DNA of 64,000 bases. It comes from Paragordius varius. Its lineage: Eukaryota; Animalia; Nematomorpha. Location of the stretch: the NCBI GenBank assembly GCA_964247055.1, contig OZ176056.1, positions 6,510,001 to 6,574,000 on the forward strand, in the 5' to 3' direction. A program made the position numbers and the translations under genes. Numbering within the stretch: position 1 is the stretch's first letter; each line of letters starts with the position of its first letter. Positions 54,201 through 64,000 of the stretch are shown here, piece by piece. The notes under the pieces were generated by a model that saw nothing but the letters and a program-made list of their open reading frames with translations, did no database searches and was not told the DNA's origin.

Positions 54201-56165
54201 TTTTGATTGTGGATGAATGCATATAAAGACAGTCAGACGGTTATTTTTACAGGTTTATGCCCTTATCTTTTTCTAAATAATAATATTTTGATTTATTATT
54301 AGATATAAAATCAATTAAAAAATTATTAATTTGCGTTTAATTAATTTAAATATTATTTGAATTTTGAATTTATTCGCCTATTGAATTCTGAAATCAATCA
54401 TTTTTTAAAATTAGATTTTATGGTTTATAATTTATAGAGCCGGGTATTTTTCAAAAAAATTGTAATCAGATGTTTGGAGCATTTTCATTTTAAACCCTCA
54501 TAAGGCTTTTTTTTCATTTTTCATGTTTTATTATTGTCATTTACAGGAAAAACGTGAATTTTTTAACATTTTATTCATTAAAGTAATTATATTTTTATTT
54601 TCAATAAATCTGTTTATTAATATTTTAATATGATTTTTATTAATTATTATCCATATTTTTGGCAGACAATTGAAGTCAAACAAATACATGACAAATTTAC
54701 GGGTTTGAAGGAATTGTTTGACAAGGGACCGTCCAATGCTTTTTATCTTGTCAAATTCTGGGTATCTAATTTTTGCACCATTTATATTATCACATTATAA
54801 ACAATTAAAGTAAGAAAAAGATAAATATTTAAATTACTATTATAATCGATTTTTACTATTTATATAACAAGATTTATATATTTGCCGATTCTATTGTCTA
54901 TTTGCAACCCAAATCGCTGTCTTATTTCTATAAAAAATTCGATATGGCTTCCTTTATAAAATATATTTTCTTATCTTTATTTTTTTTATAAGCCAAAGTT
55001 TTACTCTATATTTATTGTTGGTGTACCAATTACAATATTCTTAAAACCAAAATCACGACTTTTTATTATATCTGAATCAATGTAGGGTGATGTAGATGTC
55101 GATCTTAACACAAAAGATTCCAGTGCTTTCTACGGCCTTGATAGTTGGTATAAATTTATCATATGATTAATTCATATATATACCCATTATCAACTAATAA
55201 CAATTTTTTTACTAAACCAAATTAATTTTTTAATTATCACAATATAAATAAACCTCACATGTTTTTGTATTAAATTACATATCGAATTTCGCTAAAACCG
55301 TATATAAAAAAGCAAACATGTGCATTTTAATAGTAATATATTAAGTTCATTTATTTTATACTCTTAACAAAAATTCCTAGTGTTAATCGAAATGTGCATT
55401 ACGAATTTAATAATGTATTTAAATCTCAAGATTTTTTAATATAATTATGTTTCAAAAGATCTTGAGTCTTAATCTTTATTAAAACAATTAACTTTTGGTA
55501 TATACATTGTTAAATATAAATAATGCTTGATAATATATTAAATTCATATATTTAGTTATGAAAGCCCGAATGAAATGACAATCGTCATATCGACCAAAAT
55601 TTGTTCCTTTGGCAAACAAGTTGTGGAAAAAGTTGAAGTAATTTTTAAATATTAACTAAATAAAAGTTAATATGATTTTGAATGTGTTTTATTAAGGGTA
55701 AATGAGTGCATTTATGGAAATTAATGTGCCGCTAATCACTTTAAAACTTCCAAACATCTACTTACCTCTTAATTCAAAACATAAAATAATGGAATTAAAG
55801 TTAATGTATCATATTAATTTCTTGCGATAACTTTAATAAATAAAAAAACTTAATTGATACGTTATTTTTGTTATGTATTATCAAATTACATTTCGATAAA
55901 ATTGACTGATTATAAAACACGCGTGGTTACTTTTTCTTAGCTCAAAAATCAAAACTTGATAATTATTATTAGAGTTGTAATATCTTTTTTGTGCATAGAC
56001 CGAATATGGGAGATTGGAAAATGATGTATATACCTATCGAATTAATCGATCACCGCTTTGTGAATACATGATAAATTTTATCCATAAACTGACAAACTTA
56101 CCCGATAAACATATGATGAATAGTGTGCTAGAAAATTTTACCATACTCCAAGTTAAAAAATAATT

Positions 56166-56209
<44 letters not shown>

Positions 56210-56595
56210 TAAATTACTGAAAATTTGAAATTTATTTATCTTTAATTCATATTTACCCTAAAAATGAATTATATAATTTTGGAATAACACATTATTGATA
56301 AGCTTTTCTATATCGCATAGTTTATCATTCTATTATGTTAATTTTAAGCAAAGTTTATTTTTTTTAATATAGCAAAAAATATCCGTAATTTTTTATTTCA
56401 AAAACGTACAATATATTTTTAGGGCAAGGTAAATTTAAATTTTAGGGGAAATTTGAGGTGGTTATATATATATATATATATATTTAGATTATAACCGATA
56501 AAGAAAGCTCCGACCTGTTGTTATGTATAGCTTATGTCTTTGAAGTGACATTGAATGAAAATGGATCTCAAAAAAATATTTATGCATTAATTTAA
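48229..56595 (+). CDS. TEAD: TEA-domain transcription factor (TEAD/scalloped), about 920 aa, 12 coding exons
   Basis: Exons 48229-48520, 49383-49540, 50258-50617, 51354-51415, 51486-52492, 53251-53558, 53641-53715, 54666-54761, 55086-55147, 55556-55637, 55999-56151, 56488-56595, with phases consistent. TEA domain [75 protein letters not shown]-binding domain [74 protein letters not shown]. The middle low-complexity exons are less certain. Confidence 0.93.
48883..49166. mobile_element. hAT-type MITE in TEAD intron 1
   Basis: TIRs cagggatgtccaaca / tgttggacacccctg; the TSD is not clean. Related relics lie at about 29850-30095 and 35105-35143. Confidence 0.6.
49695..50147. mobile_element. hAT-type MITE with a nested family A MITE in TEAD intron 2
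   Basis: cagggatgttcaaca ... ttgacgacccctg with perfect 8-bp TSD ATTTAAAT. An internal tataccatttacaattaaaattcac segment starts at about 49727. Confidence 0.75.
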
Positions 56596-56674
56596 CAATC
56601 AATCACATTTTCTCAATGTATATGTTTCCAATATACCTATCAGATGACGCCCAATTTATTTTATTATATATATA

Positions 56675-56857
56675 TAGTATGCATTTTATTGGTTGCTTAT
56701 TTTACGTTATAGTAGGGCAATTTGCATCACAGGAGTGTATGGAAAAAAGAAAGGAAATTATTATTATTTATTCAACATTTTTGTTTTTTTCATACATTAC
56801 TGTGTTGCAAATTGCCCAACTATAGTGTGAAATAAGCAACCATTAAAACGCACACTG
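56675..56857. mobile_element. MITE family B just downstream of the TEAD stop codon
   Basis: tagtatgcattttattggttgcttatttt ... aataagcaaccattaaaacgcacactg|ta. Confidence 0.7.
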
Positions 56858-57981
56858 TAAATTGGATATAATATATATATATTGGAAGTACATTAGATGT
56901 ATAATAATATAGGGATAGATTTTACCAAAAACAATTCTGATATTTAAAACTCACATCAAAATTTTTTTAACTATGAAAAAATATGTGGGTGGATACTATG
57001 CAATATATCAAAATGTTTTAAGGTCTCTGTAGTCAATTTTATACATATATATGCATGTAAAAATTAAAAATTATATTACCGACATATTTTATAAATTTTA
57101 TGGTTATTTTGGAAATGAATGTCATAGAGAAAATCTTCATACCCTAGTTATATATTAAACCAACGAACTTGCAGAAGTGCATTAATATTAAATTCGTCAA
57201 CAATATAAATTATTGAACTAATATATTAAAAATGGTATATTAAAATATTTAAGTATTGTACAAGCTCTTAGAATTAATTTTTTTAAACTGGAACTTAATT
57301 TTAAACTTTTGTCGGAGATCGCTAACGATCACAATTCGAAAACCTTTTTAGGAATTCTCGAATCAAATCGCTAAAAATAATATATTAACGGCGTTTAGCT
57401 TAGTTTAACTGAGATATAAAAATCTAAGACCGCCCAATCAGCCTTCTGAAAAATGAAATGGCTTACGCGTTTCATTGAGAGGTTTGGTTTATAAAATAGG
57501 CTTTATTTTTGGATACATGATAGACATTTCTGCTAAATAGCACAAAATTATACAGTTGCGTTTCTTTTAAAAAAGCAAAGGTTTCTAATAGATAGATAGA
57601 TATACAACTATTTTTATGTTTATATTTATGTATTTTTGTAGAAAAAAACAGTTAAATTTGGAGTTGGGTTTTTAGGTTTGTGGGGTTACATACTGGTATC
57701 AAATACTTGTTGTTGAGTTTGTAGTCGATTATCGACCATTAGCAATTTTATAGGTAAACTTCCTCCACTCGGTTCTATCGTGGGCTTTTTGAGATAGTTT
57801 TTGCAGTGACTATTTGGAAAGTGTAAAAATTTCATCTATCCAAATTTGAAAAAAATAAGAATTATTTTGCAAAAAAAATTTATATTTTTTCCAAAAATAT
57901 GAGTAACTTTAAAGACAAAATTATTTGGAAGCCCAATTTTTGTACCTAACCTTAAAAAAATATTACATGGTCATATATATC

Positions 57982-60900
57982 TAGGGTGATCAGACGTCCC
58001 GCTTTTTCACACTTTGTCCCGCATCCCGCTAGTTTTATGAAATGTCCCGCTTTTCACGATTATAAAAATTTTTTTTTTACATTTAAATTTTTTATAAAAT
58101 ATTTATTTTTTTATCCGTTTAAATTTTTTTTCATTAGTTATTTTTAAAATCTATATCAATTTTAAACAAAAATTTTTTATTTTTAAATTGAAAATATTCA
58201 TTTTTTTGACATATAATCAAAAAGACAAATTAATACTACAAATCGGTGGCTTATACGTTGACAGAAAATTAAGGTTATATAATATTTTTTACTTATATTA
58301 GTTTTAAAATATGAGCACAAAAAGAGGATATATATTCAACGATGAATTAATGAAAAAATTTCCTTTCACCAAAAAAACGAAGAATGAATCATTTGTTAAA
58401 TGTTCTTTATGCGAAGGGGAATTCACCCTAGCACATGGCGGCAAGCATGATATTACAAATATGAAAACACAGAAACATAAAAATATGGCGGCATCATCTT
58501 ACAAAATGAGCAATTTTTATCAAAAAACCGCTTTTGGAGAGGAAGAAAAGTATTTGACACTAGCCGAAGGCGTTTTATCTTTTCACGCCGTTAATCACAA
58601 TCATTCCTTTAGATCTATGGATTGTACCTCACAGGTTGTTCGTACCTTATTCAATAAAAAATTTACGTGTCTGTACAAAGGCTGAAGCCATTGTATGCAA
58701 TGTCCTTTCGCCACATGCATTTTCTGAAATACAAGAAGATTTGCTGAAAATTAATTTCCTATCGCTATATGATGCATCATCACAAGGAAACATAATTTCT
58801 CACTTTGATAAAATGTTCTGATCCAGAAACCGGAGTAAAGATTAACATTTTAGTTCATTTCTCTACCCGGTGAAAATTCCGACATAATTTTTAATTCAAT
58901 AATGAATATTCTAGAAATAAATAATTTAAAAGACATAATCATCGCATATTGCGCTGGCAACACCAATACGAACTTCGGAGAAAAAACAAGTAGGGGAACA
59001 AAAAATATTTTACATAAATTGGCAGATAATTTTAATCAAACATTAATGGCGTTGGGTGCGCAGCGCATATAATACACAACGCTATTCAAACAGCTCCTGA
59101 TTTGTTAACTTTAGATGTGGAACATGTAGTTGTTAAAATATATTCCTATTTTTATATATACACGGTACGCGTTGAAACGCCTAAGAATGCAGTAGTTCAA
59201 TATAAAAAAATGCTTGGATATTGTAAAACTCGTTGATTAGCTCTTCTGCCAACTATCGAAAGAATTTCGGTATAATCCTTTAACCTATTTTTTATCTCAG
59301 GTCAAATGTCAACTTTGGAAAATTGAAAGTGATTCTTCAAAAATATGGTTAGAGTTCCTACATAATCAAGTTTCTCTCTTTTAAAATGATAATTGACAAG
59401 GTGACAAATTTCGGCAACCGAAGTAGCCAATGTTATAACCTAAAATTATATTGGTTAGAAAATATTTTTCAATTAACCAACCCCGCAATATTATAAATAA
59501 TTTAGAAAAACAACGCTAAATAAATCGCCAAGATATCCTGTACCATATAAAAATGTTTCATACAAACTGTTAACATAATTTGGAAGACTGGACGGTGCAA
59601 TTCAATGAAATTGATCATTTTCATTGGACAACATTTAAATCAGAATTTAATTGGTGCGATGTTCAAAGATCATTTGATTACATCTGCATCTCCCAAAAAT
59701 TCCCAAAAAGTAATCTTTCAGAAAATGATTTTTTTCGGAAGCATCATTAGTTAAAAAATTTATTATTAAAAAACTTAAATTATGGACAATAGAAAAAAAA
59801 TACAGCAGAAAAGAAATGGTTAGAATATTTTATCCTTTTTAAAAATTGTGGAATTTGCACTATCTTTACCTGGAACCAACGCTGCTACTGAGCGCGTTTT
59901 TTCCACAGTAAATCAGGTGTGGACATCGTAAAAATCAAATTTAAATGTTTAAACTTTAATGGCCAATTTATCTGTCAAATATAATTTGACAAATTCTTGT
60001 GAAGACTTCTACAATATTTAAAAAAAAGATAAAATGTGCGCAAATTTTGTCATTTTAAACAATTTAAAAATCAAAATCTAAAAATCATAAAAGCTCTTTT
60101 AAAGTTTCAACATTTAAATTTGATATTTTTGTGTCCACACTTATACTGTGGAAAACGCGTTCAGCAGTGGTTCCAGGTAAAGATAATGCAAATTCTACAA
60201 TTTTTAAAATATAATTGTATGGAATATAGTAGAAAATGATTATTTTAAACCATTTCTATTCTACTGTTTTTTTTCTGTTGTCCATATTTTAATTTTCCTT
60301 ATCAATATATTTATTTAATAATGATATTTCAGAAAGTGTCATTGAATTGCACCGTCTTGTATTCCAAATAATATTTTCAGTTTGTATAAAACATTTCTAT
60401 ATCCTAGCTATTCATTGAGCCTTATTCTTCTGGATGATTTATAATATAGCGATTAGGTAATGTTATAAAATTATTTTCTATCCTTTCTTGACTTGGAATT
60501 TTAGACATTTGTCCTGTGACAAAATAGGATTCTAGGCGATAATACATTTTTAAAATTTCTTCAATAGCTGGCAAAAGAGCTAACTAACGAGTTCTACAAT
60601 ATGCAAGCATTTTAAAAACTACATTTTCTACATCCAGGGGTAACAAATCAGCAGCTGTTTGAATAGCGTTGTGTATCCGCCAATAATATTTTGATTAAGA
60701 TTATTCGCTAAATTATTAATTTGCGATGATTTTGTCTTTTAAAATATATTTTTCCAGAATATTCATTATTGAAGTAAAATTTATGTCAGAGTTTTCACTG
60801 GGTAGAGAATGAGACTGGGAAATAATTTTGTGCATCAGAATATAGCAATATGAAATTTATTTGCTGCAAATCTTTTTCTATTTCAGAAAATGCATGTCGT

Positions 60901-61137
60901 GGAAGGATATTGCATACAATCGCTTCAGCCTTTGTTCGTGCACATGTAAATATATAAGGTACGAATAGCCTGAGACCAAGGAATAAAATATTTTTATATA
61001 TTTATAATGTAATTTTGTTAAAAATAAATAAATATTACAAAAAATTTTTGTATAAAATTTTTTAGTTGTACCCCCCATGCCACCACCCCCTTTTCAGATT
61101 TGTCCCGCTTTTTCCTTCAAAAAATCTGGCCACCCTA
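57982..61137 (+). mobile_element. hAT (Blackjack-like) fold-back derivative, copy 2 (inverted relative to copy 1)
   Basis: TIRs tagggtgatcag / ctggccacccta, TSD tatatatc / tgtatatc (7 of 8 match), and the same two-arm internal architecture as 14503-17829. Confidence 0.9.
58311..60020 (+). pseudogene. Disrupted hAT transposase
   Basis: MSTKRGYIFNDELMKKFPF...CSLCEGEFTLAHGGKHD... continues through frameshifts to GCAAHIIHNAIQTA and LPGTNAATERVFS. Confidence 0.88.
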
Positions 61138-61395
61138 TGTATATCGTTTCGTAAATCAAAGATCAAAATCATATATAAATTTATTATAATTCGCTAATTA
61201 CAAATACAATGGTAAGTATAATTATGCATGTTACCGGTATAATATATGTATATATATATATATATATATAATTTTATTTTTATACAAGGAAAAAATCATA
61301 ACTGATTGATTGCACTTTTCATATAACCTGAATATATATCATCATATTATATAATATTGAAATTAAAGGTTGGAAGGTTGTAAGAGGGAACGTAA

Positions 61396-64000
61396 CTAAA
61401 CTAGTGTTTCCAAATTATATATTTCGCGCCTGGGAGATTGGGTAGGATCTGATGATACATAATATTTGAGGTATTCAGCCAATTCATAATCCTCCGTAAC
61501 CAAAGCTAAATCATAGGGTGTATTGCCCTAAATATATAATATATATAATTAATGTTGTAACAAATTTTATGGATAGAATATTTTAAGAAAAATATAATGA
61601 AAGATACATGAAAATCTTGGATAGTAAGTGAGGCTCCATTTTCCACCAGCAAAGCGCAAATACCGCGTCTGGCCCCTATGGCAGCCATGTGTAATGGTGT
61701 CTGCCCGCTACGATATCAAAATAGGGTCAAAAAAATTTATATTCACCCTTTAAAATATTTTCCTAAAAAAAGTTAGCACACGGGAAGAAAAAAGGTTATA
61801 AGTAGTTTAATAATGCTTAGACGTTTATACTTATTACTATTTTTGCAGAGGTTTATAAAAATTGAAAGTTATACGGACAAAACGTAAAAATTTAAAGACA
61901 AATATTTTTTTCTGAAAAATAAACATGCTATTTAAATCTCAATTTTTCCTACATAAACTATAAAAATAAAATTTTGAATTATATAATTTGATGTTTACTA
62001 ATATATCTAATTTCCGTTTCGCAAACCAACGCGAATTGTATAAGAAATCAAAATATAAAAAGTATGGTCGCCTTTTGAACAAAAAAGTTATTATAATTTC
62101 AACTTAATAAAATTTACGGGTTAATAACATACCTTTTAAGTTCCTGTTGATTTATGATGTTTTTTATGATGTGAGCGTTACCTCGATCCAAAATAAGTTT
62201 AACGAGATCCTTGTAACCCTGTTGAACGGCATAATGCAAGCAGGTGGAATTGGTATTATCCGTTGCCATAATTATATTTTTGTGATGCTTAATCAATGAA
62301 TTTACCTGGCATAAAAAAATAAATACATTTTACTCTATCAAAATAGAATTTTAATAATCTTTTTCTCTATTATATTTGATATGATTTGATGAAAATAGTT
62401 ATTTTCATGTTGAGCTGAGAGTTTAAAAGTTTTAAATGCAACATAATTTACTTAAAATCAATATAAAAAATTTATTTAATATGCAATCAAGCCTAATTTT
62501 CGAAAGTAGTATACAGTACATTATTTAAAAATGGGGTAATTGACGTTAATTTTGCTAATTGTTACCTTAGTTATATCATTTCTTTTAACAGCCACCAAAA
62601 ATTCTTTCTCCAATTCTTTAAGAGCCGTATTCTGGTTCCGTTCGCTTAAATGATTGGATGAAAATAAAAGTCTTTCTAACGCAGGTTTTTTCCCATTATT
62701 GGCGGTGGTAGGTATTAGAGAAACATTACCATTATTCAATTTAGAATTAGTAATATTAACAAAATTTTGCACATTTCCATAATTTTTAACTGTATCCATG
62801 GAGGGAGTAACTGTTGAAGTCATTGAATAAATCTTTTGGGGTAAAGTGGATGAAAGCAATTCTTTTTCTATCATGATTGGAATCTCTGACTCAGTTAGAA
62901 CACCCCCCAAGGGTACAACGGATTGAGCAATTTTATTATTTTGGTCCGACTTCTTCGGGGTCACATCTGCAGCACTAAAATTATAAGTTTATCTTAAAAT
63001 CTAGATATTAAAAAAATTGGAAAATTTGATACATAATTTGAAATAATTTATCCAATCCACTTCGTTTCATTAAAAGCGGGGCTAAAAGTAAAAAATTAAT
63101 TTATTAAAAATAAACTATAAATATATAATTTGATTTAGGTTGTTAGTGAAATTGTCATCGGAGAAATAAAATTTAACAAATTATTAGGTAAAGTTACCTG
63201 TGGATTGGGCTTTTATCAAATTCATCGATATTTTCAATGCTGATATCGTCATCATTTTCTAAATCTGGTGGAGACACCGATGGCTTTATTTCGATTGATA
63301 AATCATCGGATGTTTTTGGAAGAGAACGTGGGTTTAAATTATATTCACTTGGTTCAATTATTGTTGGTGATAATGAAATAGCATTTTGCGGCATATAATT
63401 ATTATTGTGTGGATATTTCTCCTTAGAATCTGGTTCCTTTTCAAGTGTCAAGATTGGAGATTCAGATTTTCGTGATGGCATGGCCATATGGAGTCCTTCA
63501 GCCGTGTCAATGCTTTCTATGGAAGGCGTTTTCAAAAGGGGTGAAGCAAGAGTGTCAGGTGTTGAGAGTAATGATAGAGCTGTGGTATTGGTTGGAATAA
63601 TGTGGGGTTCGAATTGGGGTGGTTTTACTGGAGCTTTGGCAGCAGTATCAGGCTTGAATTCTTTTTCCGCTTCAGATACCGAAGGTAAAGTGGGTGAAAT
63701 CAAACCACCACCACCATCGTTTTCAACCTTACATAGCGAAGTGTTTGAAATGGAATGCGTCGGTTTAGTACCTACCTTATGGCCATGTTCCTTCAAAATT
63801 TTATCTTGGTATGCCAGGTTTTCTGTAGCCTTTGGTTTTAATCCGGTTCGACGACTTAGCGGGTCAGGTTGATATTCTTCCAACCCTTTGTAAAAAGCGG
63901 GTGAGGGTATCGTACTTATACTGCTAGCCGTTTCCTGAGCAAAATATTTTTTACGATTTATAATAACGTTAGCCGTATTCCTGTGACTTATGCGTATTAC
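61396..64000 (-). CDS. DGKZ: Type IV diacylglycerol kinase (DGK zeta/iota, rdgA-like), last five exons
   Basis: Exons >64000-63198, 62974-62566, 62305-62133, 61707-61608, 61527-61396, with phases consistent. The reading starts at the end of the accessory domain (IRISHRNTANVI), passes a Ser/Pro-rich linker, then ankyrin repeats (AVKRNDITKV, TCLHYAVQQG, GQTPLHMAA..GICALLVENGASLTIQDFHGNTPYDLA..DYELAEYL) and ends in a PDZ-binding tail ETLV* (compare ETAV in vertebrate DGKZ). Zeta cannot be distinguished from iota. Confidence 0.85.

Noticed and set aside
63405-63872. 155-aa plus-strand ORF
   Set aside because: It is the antisense shadow of the DGK exon. The same applies to 5230-5421, 11626-11850, 36437-36664, 51658-51849 and 52185-52379.

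Overview
Very AT-rich eukaryotic (invertebrate animal) genomic DNA; the species cannot be identified from the sequence alone. Six spliced protein-coding genes were reconstructed by hand from GT-AG boundaries with frame continuity: PUF60/half-pint (-, runs off the left edge), COX16 (+, missed by the ORF track), a signal-peptide/LRR/TM protein (-), PPWD1 (+, 16 exons), TEAD/scalloped (+, 12 exons) and the 3' part of a DGK-zeta/iota (rdgA-like) gene (-, runs off the right edge). Intergenic and intronic DNA is filled with DNA-transposon relics: two hAT-Blackjack-like elements with 8-bp TSDs, a Buster/Charlie hAT containing a nested Helitron concatemer, a Harbinger-like element and a TTAA element, several MITE families, a 1.5-kb fold-back palindrome, an RTE-like LINE fragment and a tRNA-derived SINE. 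Most notable observations: (1) ultra-short spliceosomal introns of 22, 23 and 24 nt in COX16 and 28 nt in PUF60, in a head-to-head pair whose start codons are 63 bp apart, while neighbouring genes have kb-sized introns; (2) tandem arrays that copy real exon/intron junctions, giving 12 decoy donors in PUF60 and about 5 decoy acceptors in PPWD1; (3) a mobilised hairpin hAT carrying an inverted, deleted copy of its own transposase, present twice with independent TSDs.
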